Below, piece after piece: positions 14,157 through 27,670 of a stretch of 64,000 nucleotides of DNA (positions are counted from its first letter, which is position 1; each line of letters begins with the position of its first letter). Origin of the DNA: Octopus vulgaris (Eukaryota); NCBI GenBank assembly GCA_951406725.2, contig OX597832.1, forward strand, positions 67,828,001-67,892,000, in the 5' to 3' direction. The notes under the pieces were generated by a model, which did no database searches, was not told where the DNA came from, and was given only the letters and a program-made list of their open reading frames with translations. The translations under genes were made by a program, and so were the position numbers.

Positions 14157-14545
14157 CGGAGGAACTCTTGAGAGTCAACGGCCATCCAATAAAGGTCTTA
14201 AGGCTGTATCATGCGCGGGGACATAGAAATAATCGGACTGAATACTCGATCGTGCGGTTAAACCATTGGGAGTGAACGACTCCTTGCTTTTGTTAGGGCA
14301 TCCTTCTAGGAGAAGGTAACTCAGGTAACTGTGATAACTCCGACATAAAACCTGCGGCTCAGTGGTTACCGATGATGTTGACTTGTTCTTCTTTTCGGAT
14401 TATGGCTGCTGTTGCTTAGTGACTCAGTGCACAGCCTTTCTTCACTGAAAAAAAAATTTCTTGCACGGGCATTGCACGATAACAACATTGATTAAGCTTC
14501 GTGCAGTGGCCATACTCGATAACGGGAGGGGGGGCAGCCACCATA
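14152..14545 (+). mobile_element. Interspersed repeat, possibly RTE 5'UTR- or SINE-derived
   Basis: GC-richer block starting sharply after (TA)n, containing ggagaaggtaactc...aaacctgcggc. Confidence 0.3.
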
Positions 14546-14548
14546 TAA

Positions 14549-14910
14549 ATCATCATCATCATCGTTTAACGCCCGTTCTCCATGCTAGCATGGGTTGGGC
14601 GGTTCGACCGGGGATCTGAGAAGCCAGAAGGCTGCACCAGACTCAAGTCTGATCTGACAGTGTTTCTACGGCTGGATGCTCTTCCTAACGCCAACCACTC
14701 CGTGAGTGTAGTGGGTGCTTTTTACGTGCCACCGGCACAGGGATCACAACTGCAGTTTCCATTGATTTTTGATGCTGGTGTACTTGACACAATGGATCTC
14801 CTCAAGCACAGGGTCGAAACGGTGTTTCTTTACTTGCCACCTGCACAGGAGTCAGTCCAGCGGCCTTGGCAACTGCCGGGTGCCAGTCATAGGATTGGTT
14901 CAATTTCGAT
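14549..14910 (-). mobile_element. SINE with (GAT)n tail
   Basis: Minus strand ggttggcgttaggaagagcatccagccgtagaaac ... gggcgttaaacgatgatgatgatga. Confidence 0.75.
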
Positions 14911-14912
14911 TC

Positions 14913-15005
<93 letters not shown>

Positions 15006-15039
15006 GAGTCAGAGAGTCAGATAGATAGATAGATAGATT

Positions 15040-15101
<62 letters not shown>

Positions 15102-15672
15102 GAAATATAGGGAAGAGCAATTTAGACAGATTAATATATAAAGTACATTAAATACAGGAAATCCAAAATAATGTATATATTTATACTTACGAAAAGATCT
15201 AACTTCCGCAGAATGCATATGATACAGAGAGTTAAAGAGCTTGATGAAGAGTATTCAAATCTGTTTGTTGGAGTTCGGCGGTCCGTAATAATGTTTGTAG
15301 ACGGTCTCCATCATGGGATGACTCGATCCTCCGTCTTCAGGAAAGAAATCTTACATTTGAGAGGTTCAAGGAGAGACGTTCAGAGATTCTTCAAGTTTTC
15401 TCCTTTAACACACAAGTTGATGGGGGACTGACTTGAATAAATTTTTGTCAAATAAATCAACCGCAGTATTCATTTTTTAAAAGCCTTGTGCATCTTCTAT
15501 TCGTCTCTTTTACCGATAGCCTTCAGTTACGAGGACGTAAACACGCGCTAGATAACACTGGTTGTCAAAAATATAGTGGGAGAAACCTGCTAAGTCACTG
15601 ACACAGAGACACGTACACACACATACATACATACATGCACACACTCACACACACGCACACACACACACACAT

Positions 15673-15709
<37 letters not shown>

Positions 15710-15897
15710 CATACATACATACAAACGACAAGAAATAATTTTTGTCTCTTTTTATGGAGACAAAAGGGTTTATAGGACGGCAAAAAGAAGTGCTCAAATC
15801 TAAATGAGACAATGATAAAGAAACATTGATCATAGAACAAAAATCAAATTCGAGTCAACGACTTTTTATATAACACCATATCTCAAACATTTGAGTT

Positions 15898-16212
15898 CTA
15901 AAAAATACCATACTCATGGTTGCAAAAAGGGATCACCTCAATAAATTTATTTAAAGTTTTAGGCCCAAGAGACACAAGGATGGCAAAGGATTCCGTTACA
16001 CATAACTTACACTTATTAATATTAACTCTGAAATAAGGGGCACTCGAAATAATAGACCATTCAAGGGAATACCTTTTATAATTCCTCTTTAAACCGTGTA
16101 TATAAGATGCAAGTGTAGTATAATTACAGTAATTTTCGTTTGAAAGCGAATTCATGTGGGCCCTATACCTTGCCTTAACTTTTACGGTACTGCCTATATA
16201 AAACTTATCCAA
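15898..16212 (-). pseudogene. GIY-YIG endonuclease fragment of a second PLE lineage
   Basis: YIGST..KARY..H..S...T.LASYI..LK....LEWSII..A......CKLC..E...I......LNK..E...C.H. Confidence 0.75.
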
Positions 16213-17115
16213 ATCACCCTCCTCTTTAACAACAATTTATATATTGCATTAGTAGTGAGACAGAACCCATCAAGGGGACATAACGTTTTTTATATTTACC
16301 GACGTGAACCGTTTTTGAAACAATAAGTTTTCTTCTATTTTTCTGAAAGTCTATTGAAGTAAAAGTAGATATAGAAAGTGTATATAAATATATTCCTATA
16401 CATTTCAAGTATGTTGAGGCCAACAGGAAAAATAGAACTCAGAACATAAGTCTATGTGTACTTTTATCAATATTTATTAGAGGTAACAGTCATTCTAAGT
16501 CCGCCAGTTTCGTGCCTTGGCGCTTATATTTCTCATTTTAATATATGTGTGTGTATAGACACACGCATGTGTGCCTACTTGCGTGCATATATATTTTAAT
16601 ACGCATACATATTTACTCGTGTGTCTGTGTGTGTGTATGCGTGCATGAGTACGCATAAACCACATATTTGATTCTCTTGATATCACTATGTATATATATG
16701 AGGATATGAATTAGCTGGTAGCAAATACATGTGGTCATCATGCACAAACATTATAATACGCACGTGTGTTAGCTTACATCATGACAAATGCGTCCATTTA
16801 ATAATAACCCATTACCCCTCCCACTTTGTCTCTTTATATTCTTGGTACAAAAGCAACAACTACGCTCATTCCCCAAATCCAATTCCATGTGTTAAACTGA
16901 TTCTAACAATCACGCCGCGCTTAGATTAGCCGCAGCGGACCCGGTAAAACCTGATGTTTCAGAGGTACAGAGGGAGAGGTTTTCAAAAAAAAAAGAACCC
17001 ATCATACACTCAATCAAGCACAATACTGGCACACACACACACACATATCCATATATATATATACACACATATACATAGACTGGCAATTAGTTTGACGATC
17101 GCGTGATACTGGGTT

Positions 17116-17144
<29 letters not shown>

Positions 17145-17152
<8 letters not shown>

Positions 17153-17563
17153 TTAGTGAATTGAAGAAATGGAGTTGAACGAAGATTGAACAGAAATCGT
17201 TTTATTGCATTCTACACGTGTTTCGAAAGCCACAATTTACCAAATTCCGATTGAATAAGGAGACCATATTGTGTCTTTCTCTTCAGGAAGAAATAGGAAA
17301 TCCGTTGGAAAAAACAAAAACAGAACAGAGTTTGGCCATGGGCTCTTAGGAGCCTCGTTCGATTTGTTTTGCTCCGCCTCTGTTCTGTTTTTGTTTTTTC
17401 CAACGGATTTCCTATTTCTTCCTGAAGAGAAAGACACAATATGGTCTCCTTATTCAATCGGAATTTGGTAAATTGTGGCTTTCGAAACACGTGTAGAATG
17501 CAATAAAACGATTTCTGTTCAATCTTCGTTCAACTCCATTTCTTCAATTCACTAATAATATTA
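17145..17563. repeat. Palindrome with 186-bp apparently identical arms (17145-17330 / 17378-17563) and a 47-bp loop; element continues to about 17715
   Basis: Direct reverse-complement match. The ORF track shows mirrored peptides on both strands. (TA)n on both sides. Confidence 0.95.
17419..17498 (+). ncRNA. Type I hammerhead ribozyme with long stem II (mirror copy 17210-17289 on minus)
   Basis: ttc CTGAAGA gaaagacacaat...attgtggctttc GAAA cacgtg TA gaa. Palindromic stem III ACACGUGU. Confidence 0.8.
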
Positions 17564-17709
17564 AAATTCAATTATTTGCACCAACGCATGGTTGCAACAC
17601 CATATGGTTGTACCTCCAAACGTGCTGTCTTCTGCTGTGATTTTTGCTACCAAGGTATCGGTTAAACTTTTGATTAATCTGCAACAAGATTATTCATCTT
17701 TCTATTTCA

Positions 17710-17772
<63 letters not shown>

Positions 17773-17999
17773 TATATCAGAGTGTATTAGATGATGCAGC
17801 ACGATTTGATTTTCATATATTTGTAGGAAAAGTTCCCTTCTGGGAACAAATTTTGCAATTCCCATCCCATATATATATGTATATATATAAATATATATGT
17901 GTATATATATAAATATATGTATGTGTATATATATAAATATATGTGTATATATATAAATATATATATGTGTATATATAAATATATATATGTGTGTGTATA

Positions 18000-18045
<46 letters not shown>

Positions 18046-18159
18046 TATATATATATATATAAACATATTCAAATAAGGTAATAACATAAATTATTATTAC
18101 CAGTGGTCTAGCACAAAAGACGAGTTAGTCATTAGACTATATATTTTTCGTATAGAAAT

Positions 18160-18420
18160 ATAATAAAAGGCTTCCAAATAAGGAAGCGTAGTGCTAGAAA
18201 CACAAAAAGGGATAAATTCATGAAAGGAATGAAAATTAAAAACATTTGCCATCTCAGTTATATCCCAAACAAATTTATCAACAATATCTAAACATAATTA
18301 AATAGGGTAATAATTTGTTTGGGATATAACTGAGATGGTAAATGTTTTTAATTTTCATTCCTTTCATGAATTTATCCATTTTTGTGTTTCTAGCACTACG
18401 CTTCCTTATTTGGAAGCCTT

Positions 18421-18427
<7 letters not shown>
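18160..18427. repeat. Inverted repeat with about 116-bp arms (18160-18275 / 18312-18427)
   Basis: Reverse-complement arms with about 2 mismatches, next to (TA)n. Confidence 0.9.
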
Positions 18428-18469
<42 letters not shown>

Positions 18470-18471
<2 letters not shown>

Positions 18472-20007
18472 TAAGAAAGTTTGTTTGGTAAAGCACGTGG
18501 GTGAATATATAAGAAAATAGTAAAGTGTGAAAAAACGACAGAAGGCTTAAATGTTAAAAAATATATATATTTGTGTCAAAATGTCTGGAGAATATTGGAA
18601 AAATTTTTTTTCCCTTTCCTTAAAATGACATAATTTTAAAATTTTTAAAGAAATTACCGGTTTCGCGTGTAGCTTTTCAAATTTCTTGTGACGTTATGTT
18701 TATATTGCATGGAATTATCGTTGTTTTTATTTCCAGGAGATTTCTAAATAAGGGGAGGTAGTGAGTGATTTTTTCCGGTGTAGGGGAGATAATCGCTTAA
18801 AAATTTTTTTTCCCTTTTCCTTGTTAATTTCTCTGTGTCAGTATGTTCGGATGGTTGAGTCTGGGTTTGTACTTTTCAATGAAGAATGTTTCCTTGTTCA
18901 GTCTCATTTGTGTTGATGATCCGAAAGCACATTGGTAAAATGGGAAGATTAAAAATTGTGGCAGTAGTTGCTTTGCGCATTTCTCAATGTGCTCACTAAA
19001 AGGTATCATTCTATATTCTGGGAATGCAATCTGTTGTCGATGCAGTGTGCATCTGCGCCTGAGTGATAGTCCCGTGGAACCCACGTAGTCTTGGTGGCAG
19101 CCCGAGCATTTAATAACATAAATTATGTTTTCAGAGGCACAAGTAAAGTTAGATTTGATCTTAAATTTCTGTCCCTCTTTAAAGAAGAATTCTGATCCTT
19201 CCAATAGGTTAGGACATGTTGCACAGTTCGATCTACCACATTTTTTTACTTTTGCATCCGTAATTTTAGAAGACAATTTTGCCTTTGTGAGAATCTTTTT
19301 AAGTGATTTAGGCTGTTTGTAGCTTTTAATGATTTGGTGTATGTTTAGAATTTCCTTTAATTTTGGGTTTTTATGAAGTATTGGTAAATTCTGGGTGATG
19401 ATGGTGAAGGCTTCTTTGTTTCTGGGGTTGTATGTAGATATGTAAGGTAGTATTTTCGGGGAAGGTGTGTTGTTGTGTTGAACTTTTCTTAAAGTTTCTA
19501 TGTTGATTTCTGTTGCACGTCTGATCCCATCCTCTATGAGTTGAGCTGGGTAATGTCTGTCAATTAGGGTGTTTTTGAGTTCTTGCAGTCTAAAGTTCCT
19601 GGTATTTTGTTCTGACACTATTGTGCATTTCCTTCTTGCAAGGTTGAAGGGGATGTTTGTTTTAGTGTGTCTTGGGTGGCATGAATTAAAAGAAGGTATT
19701 GTTTGGCGTCTGTGGCTTTGTAAAAAATGTCTGTTTCTATTTTAAGGTTAATTTTTTTAATTAGTATATCCAAGAACGGGAGCTCCTTTTGGTTGTATTC
19801 CATTGTGAACTGTATATTTGGGTTTATGCTGTTCAATAGGTTTTTAAATTTTAGGAGTTTATCTATGTTTTCATTCCAGAGAATGAAACAATAGTCTAGG
19901 AATCGTTTCCAATTCTCTTTATGTATTGAGAGAGGGAGTTTCCAAAGATTGATAGAGATTCCTGGTAAATGATTATTTCCATGTATCCCATTGTTAAGTT
20001 CGCAAGT
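18470..20007 (-). mobile_element. 5'-truncated Penelope-like element (Neptune-like): RT C-half, Cys-rich linker, GIY-YIG and 3' UTR; frameshifted
   Basis: LANLTMGYME, WKRFLDYCF, IQFTME...LPFLDILI, TDIFYKATD, CGRSNCATC, FTCASENIIYVIKCSGCHQDYVGST..RRRC..H, E.FFI..Y.P.LN. Confidence 0.9.
18648..18687 (-). ncRNA. Minimal hammerhead with U3:A8 core, in PLE 3' UTR
   Basis: aagaaat TTGAAAA gc tacac gc GAAA ccgg TA atttctt. Confidence 0.75.
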
Positions 20008-20009
20008 CA

Positions 20010-20902
20010 TTCACCATCATCACCCAGAATTTACCAATACTTCATAAAAACCCAAAATTAAAGGAAATTCTAAACATACACCAAATCATTAAAAGCTACA
20101 AACAGCCTAAATCACTTAAAAAGATTCTCACAAAGGCAAAATTGTCTTCTAAAATTACGGATGCAAAAGTAAAAAAATGTGGTAGATCGAACTGTGCAAC
20201 ATGTCCTAACCTATTGGAAGGATCAGAAGTATTGGTAAATTCAGAAATTTAAGATCAAATCTAACTTTACTTGTGCCTCTGAAAACATAATTTATGTTAT
20301 TAAATGCTCGGGCTGCCACCAAGACCACGTGGGTTCCACGGGACTATCACTCAGGCGCAGATGCACACTGCATCGACAACAGATTGCATTCCCAGAATAT
20401 AGAATGATACCTTTTAGTGAGCACATTGAGAAATGCGCAAAGCAACTACTGCCACAATTTTTAATCTTCCCATTTTACCAATGTGCTTTCGGATCATCAA
20501 CACAAATGAGACTGAACAAGGAAACATTCTTCATTGAAAAGTACAAACCCAGACTCAACCATCCGAACATACTGACACAGAGAAATTAACAAGGAAAAGG
20601 GGAAAAAAATTTTTTTTCAGCGATTATCTCCCCTACACCGGAAAAAATCACTCACTACCTCCCCTTATTTAGAAATCTCCTGGAAATAAAAACAACGATA
20701 ATTCCATGCAATATAAACATAACGTCACAAGAAATTTGAAAAGCTACACGCGAAACCGGTAATTTCTTTAAAAATTTTAAAATTATGTCATTTTAAGGAA
20801 AGAGAAAAAAAATTTTTCCAATATTCTCCAGACATTTTGACACAAATATATATATTTTTTAACATTTAAGCCTTCTGTCGTTTTTTCACACTTTACTATT
20901 TT

Positions 20903-20905
<3 letters not shown>
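20010..20905 (+). mobile_element. Inverted second copy of the PLE 3' portion (GIY-YIG plus UTR)
   Basis: Reverse complement of about 18505-19408. ORF 20329-20589 matches the end of ORF 18824-19618. Ends in (TA)n. Confidence 0.95.
20729..20768 (+). ncRNA. Minimal hammerhead with U3:A8 core
   Basis: 7-bp stem I aagaaat/atttctt, 2-bp stem II, palindromic stem III ACCGGU, GUA site. Confidence 0.75.
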
Positions 20906-20980
<75 letters not shown>

Positions 20981-21693
20981 CATACATATACATGTATATA
21001 TGTGTGTATATATATACACAAATATGTTTGCGTATATATATATATATATATACATACACAAATATATATGTAAGTATATACACACACACAAATATATACA
21101 GTATCTTTTATTTTTTATATTTTGACTTGTTTCAATCATTTGTCGGCGGTTATTCTGAGCAGCTGCCGTGAGGAAATTTCGACGAATGAACCCACCCTGA
21201 AAATGAAGTTTCAATCCTGTCATATATTCTATCGATCTGTTTTATATATTTACAAATGGGCTGATGCTCTTACGGAATATATCCATTTCCCGCTTAATCA
21301 ACAAATATATGAATAGAGGAAGGTTATTTACCTGTACATTTTTGCCATTTCAATTCATATTTCACAGGTGTATACGTATACATAAACGTGCACACATATA
21401 CACAAACATGCAGTCACATGCATGTATTGGTTATGTATATACGCATGTGCACCGGTTTGTGCGGGTATTAGGGGGAATGTGTGAGTGTGTGTTTGTGTGT
21501 CTGTAAGGGTGTGTATCAATTCAGGGAGGATAGTTACTCATAGGAGATCGAATGTCATGAACGTGGAGGTTAATAACCGTCCTTGGTTTCCGACGAAACA
21601 CTTGCATCCAGAAAGGATATATATCAACTTACTCTAAAAAAACAATACCAAACGACATGCGCTACATACATACATACATCCACCCAGCCATCC

Positions 21694-21766
<73 letters not shown>

Positions 21767-22173
21767 TGTGTGTGTATGTGTGTGTGTGTGTGCGTGTGTG
21801 TGCAATATCTTTACATACATATACTGTAAAGAGACATTTTCTTATAGATTCATGCGTATACATACACATATATTTCTCCGAATATATATGTAAACTTATG
21901 TGTATGATTATGATATAAACATGCATATATATGTGCGTGTTTGTGTGTCTTTCTGTGTGTGTGCATGTATGTTCTCTCTATCTGTGTGTGTGTCCGTATA
22001 TTTATAGAAAGATGTAATGTTTAAACATATGCATATGGTATATGCATACATTTAATCTCACACACAGACGCACGTACCTGTATATATATGTGAGAGAGAA
22101 AATAATAAATATATACATGAGGACAAACATAACACATTTATTTATGTTTCTATATGTATGAGCAAGCGATATA

Positions 22174-22207
<34 letters not shown>

Positions 22208-22325
22208 CTGTGTGTGTGTGTGTGTGTGTATACACTTCTATATCTATTGAATGTTTAAGTATATAAACATATATGTATGTATCTACGTATAAATATGCAT
22301 AGATAAACTGAGGAAATAAGTAGAG

Positions 22326-22385
<60 letters not shown>

Positions 22386-22652
22386 ATATATATATATATA
22401 TATATGTACATGTATATATATATATACATATATATATACATACATATATATAGATATATATATATACATACATGTATATTGATATATATACATACATGCA
22501 TATAGATATATATTTATACATACATGTATATATATATATATACATGCTTGTATATAGATGTATAAATATATGCATACATGTATATATATATATTCATACA
22601 TGTATATATATATATATATATATAATCATACATGTATATATATATATATATG

Positions 22653-22692
<40 letters not shown>

Positions 22693-22735
22693 CATACATA
22701 CATATATATACATATACACACATATATATAGATAT

Positions 22736-22778
<43 letters not shown>

Positions 22779-22847
22779 TATACATATACACATATATATA
22801 TATACATATACAAACACATATGTACACACATAAATGTACACATATAC

Positions 22848-22906
<59 letters not shown>

Positions 22907-23340
22907 CACAAGTAGATAAAGATATACATTCATAAAGCTTTCTTTAAATAAGTTTATATAAGTAATAAAATATACATCTATATATACTTGCGGTTTGAAA
23001 CAATTTTCTATCCATCTAATTTCTATTCCTCCCCATTGTCTAACGAAAAAAAATTCTATCATTGCTAAAGATATAATGTTTCTTTTACTATCGTTAAACT
23101 ATACGGTGGAAATTCACAATGGATTCTATATGTGCAACCATTAATCTATTCCTTTTGGCTGATATCTATTTCTATTCGATACTGGTGACCATTTTATTCA
23201 TCGTAAGATATATCCTTTAGCGTTGGTTTTGAGATCTCTCTTTATCTGTAATGCCGTAATAGACAATATAAAAATCTCCCCGCCTGCACCAACAAATATT
23301 TACATTTATGCGTACAATAATCTGTGTGTGTATATATACC

Positions 23341-23398
<58 letters not shown>

Positions 23399-23524
23399 TA
23401 TGTGTGTGTGTGCGTGTTATATACACATATGATTATGTGTATGTACCAATACATGTAGATACTTGCAAATGTAAGTACAAATATATACCTTTGTGTGTAT
23501 ATTTAAATATATAGAAATATAGAA

Positions 23525-23645
<121 letters not shown>

Positions 23646-24108
23646 TTTTCTTAACGTGCTGTTCTATGCGTACATGAATCCTGTCTCTAAATGGCAGAAG
23701 ATAAAATGAATCTTGACCACCTTTATAGAAATATATATTCATTTCTGAATGTATAACCTTTTAGAAACCGTATTCAAATGATTTTATCTATAATGTTGAC
23801 CTGAACAAAACTATCACCTAAATTACGATGTCTTGATAAACCCTGACAAAAGGCCCTGTACGACAGGATTTACATAGCATATTATAAATTTGCTAATCGG
23901 TATCATCTCTTTAAGATTGAGAATAATTCTTTTATTTTTCTCTGCTTAACTATTTATTCTTTAACAATACTGCTATCTTACGAAAAGACCTTAGCTTGCA
24001 ATAATTCATTTGAAATTGAAAATTGTGCATATACCTGTGGATTCATGTTTTTCTAATACTTATATTCAAGTTTCAAATCTATTATTGGCTTCCATAAGAA
24101 CACACACA

Positions 24109-24143
<35 letters not shown>

Positions 24144-24280
24144 GCACTTACATATATGCATATGCATATATATATAAACATGGACTCTTGCACACAAACA
24201 CATACATACACACGCAAGCACTTGTGATTTTATATACACACGTATCTGTACACTTTATATATATATATATATATTTATAT

Positions 24281-24356
<76 letters not shown>

Positions 24357-26104
24357 GCAAGAGATGCAATCTTGTCCCTGATGCATTTCTCCGAGATTGC
24401 TTTGACTGAGTATCTTCAATGATGTCTAAACTCTGGGTGTTCCTACGTCTTTTTACTCTAATGGCATTAAGTCTGTTTTGAACAAACTTTCTTCTGAAGA
24501 GAATCGTTGATCTCCAATAACGAAAGCCAACAACGGTTAAGATATCCACGATCAAATCTGTTGGATCGTAATGAATGAATGAATAGGTGTAACGTTTTTC
24601 TGATTGCATGAATTTGCAAAAATAAAGAATTGTGCGGTAAATGATATTCATGATGTATTATTGTTTTATTTAAATAATTCATCTTCCATTCGAGAGAAAA
24701 GTAAGCACAGGCCACATCGCACGAAATAGTTATCTTCCAAAACTGTTTTGTATTTAATGAGAGGCAACCGAAATTTCTGGAAACAAGGGCAAAGCAGCGC
24801 ATACTTATTACTGCTGCAATATTCGTCATCAGCACAAATTTTCCATTCCTCCCTTGACACAGCATACCGAAGCTTGAAATACTAAAAGAGCAGAGGTGTG
24901 TGAGTGTGTGTGTATGCATATACGTGTGTGAATGCGTGTGTGCGTACATGCACCTACATATATAAAAGCGATGATGCTACTGGTAATGATGGTGGTGGTA
25001 AACTGGTGAGGGTGACGCTATTGGTAAAGATTTTAATGGTGGAACCGGTTTGTAATTTAGGCACTTGACCATCAATTTCAAATGGTGATGCCTTATATGC
25101 AACAGTGACACCAAGACTTTTAATAATTGAACCTGCATCATAGCCGTTTAACTTACAGGTCGACCTCGGGCAGTCATCTATGGTTTACTTCTCAAACAAG
25201 CGAAAGGCCTGCAATATGGAGTTGCTGGATTATTACAAGATTATAACGCTAATAGTTGAATAGTACGTTATTTTATCGAAGCATCCACTTCCAGAAGAAT
25301 GAAATTCCAAACTCACCTGCGCAGTATTTGAACGATAAGGAGAGACAGCTGCAGTGGATCTACATCATTGATCCGGTTGCAGTTGGTACAATCATAATAT
25401 TGAAATTAAATAAAAGCTGTATAAGTGAAAATAACAGATTTCTTCTGTACTTAAATGGCTAACATTCAGTATTTACGTTCTGATTTCATATTTGATCGAA
25501 AGCTGAATTTGCTTTTCGAGGTATGTAAAATAAATACCAGTTGCACCCGTCTTCACCTTTGCTCCAAAATTGGTGTCTTTGGGCCAAGAATAGAAATTTA
25601 TACACACCGTTCACCGTTATATTTGTTTCGGCATCAACGAGCAGTCTCAGATCGAATCACTTACCACGAAATTCTTCCTTCGGAACATATAATAAGAATG
25701 GGGTTGATAGTAAGAGCGGGTTGTTTAAGTACAGTCCACTCTGTTGCAACTGTTCAGGCAACATTTTCGGGTCGAGGTTACGACATTGCCACTCCCCACT
25801 CACAGCAATGTCCGTGCCCGGTGGTATATATGCATGTGTATGTATATGCATATATGTACATGTATCAATGTAAATGTATGTGCATGTCTGGGTATGCGCG
25901 TTTGGGCTTGCGTGTCTGTGTGTGAGTGTGTATGTGTGGGGGGCCTTCCCATGTATGTATATATGATATGCATGTATGTATATATAATATATATGTATGT
26001 CTTAATATATGTATATATATATATATATATATGTATGTATAAATAATATATATGTATATATGTATATGTATAAATAATATATATGTATGTATATATATAT
26101 ATGT

Positions 26105-26374
26105 ATATATATGCATACATAATATATATAGATATATATATATGTATACACATATATTGGTATGTATGTATACATATATATTTGTATATATGAATACATA
26201 TGTATTTGTGTATATGTATACGTAATACATATTTAGGCGTATATGTATACATAATGTATATATGCATGTATATATGTATATATAATGAATATGTATGTGT
26301 ATATGTATATATAATGTAAATGTATGTGTACATGTATATATATTTGTGTATATATAAATGTGTGTATATATGTG

Positions 26375-26411
<37 letters not shown>

Positions 26412-26440
26412 ATCTATATATATATGCCTATATGTGTATG
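26105..26440. repeat. Low-complexity block duplicated in inverted orientation at about 29345-29680
   Basis: Unique anchors (ttaggcgtatatg, tattggtatg) are mirrored. ORFs 25800-26333(-) and 29454-29738(+) start with the same peptide of more than 60 aa. Confidence 0.85.
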
Positions 26441-26752
26441 TATGTATGTGTGTGTATAAGTGTATATATATGCGTATGTATATGTGTACATATATGTACG
26501 TGTATTTTTATGTATGTGCATATATGTATGTGCATATATGTATGTGCATATGTATGTGTATATGTATATGTTTATGTAAGTGTATATGTATGTGTATATG
26601 TATGTGTATATGTATGTGTATATGCATGTGTATGTGTTTGTGTATATATATGTGTATGTGTATATATGTGTATATGTATGTGTATATATACATATATATT
26701 TTTATGTGTATATATAATATATATATATGTATATATAATGTGCATATCTATC

Positions 26753-26797
<45 letters not shown>

Positions 26798-26838
26798 ATC
26801 TATAGTATATATATATGTCTATATGTATATATAGTATA

Positions 26839-26903
<65 letters not shown>

Positions 26904-27440
26904 TATATAGTATATATATCTATATGTATATATAGTATATATATGTCCATGGATAGACGAGGAGGTATATTCGTGTGCTTATATAGACACACGTGTATGT
27001 AAGTGTGTATGTATACATATATGTATATTTGTGTGTGTATGTATATTTGTATATGTATTTGTATATATGTATATATATAGGTATATGTATTTATATGTAT
27101 GTATATGTATGCATGTTTATATGTCTTTATGCATGTGTGTATATGTGCGTGTATATGTGTGTAGGTTTCCGTGTGTGTGTATGCTTCTGTGTATGTATGT
27201 GTGTGTGCATGCATGCATGTGTGTGCATGTTTGCATGCATGCGTGTGCATGTGTGTGTATGCATGCATGTGTCTGTGGGTTGCATGCATGCGTGTGTATG
27301 TGTATGTACATGCATGAGTGTGTGTGTGCATGCATGTGTGTATGCATGTGTAATATATACACGTGTATGTATATTATATATTCTTTATTCATTTCCTTCA
27401 GAAGCACCACCTTTAGTCGTGCATATTGACCCCCGCTATA

Positions 27441-27511
<71 letters not shown>

Positions 27512-27596
27512 CAAAAGAAAAACAGGATGCAAATGATCCTGTTTTTCTTTTGATAAATCTGGCATATACAGGTGCTTACAGTTATCAAGTATTCAC

Positions 27597-27665
<69 letters not shown>

Positions 27666-27670
<5 letters not shown>

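Noticed and set aside
15240-15350. TTGATGA and minus-strand CTGAAGA motifs
   Set aside because: No matching GAAA-stem III-UH half found.
24490-24545. CTGAAGA...GAAA hammerhead-like spacing
   Set aside because: Stems I and II do not pair in register.
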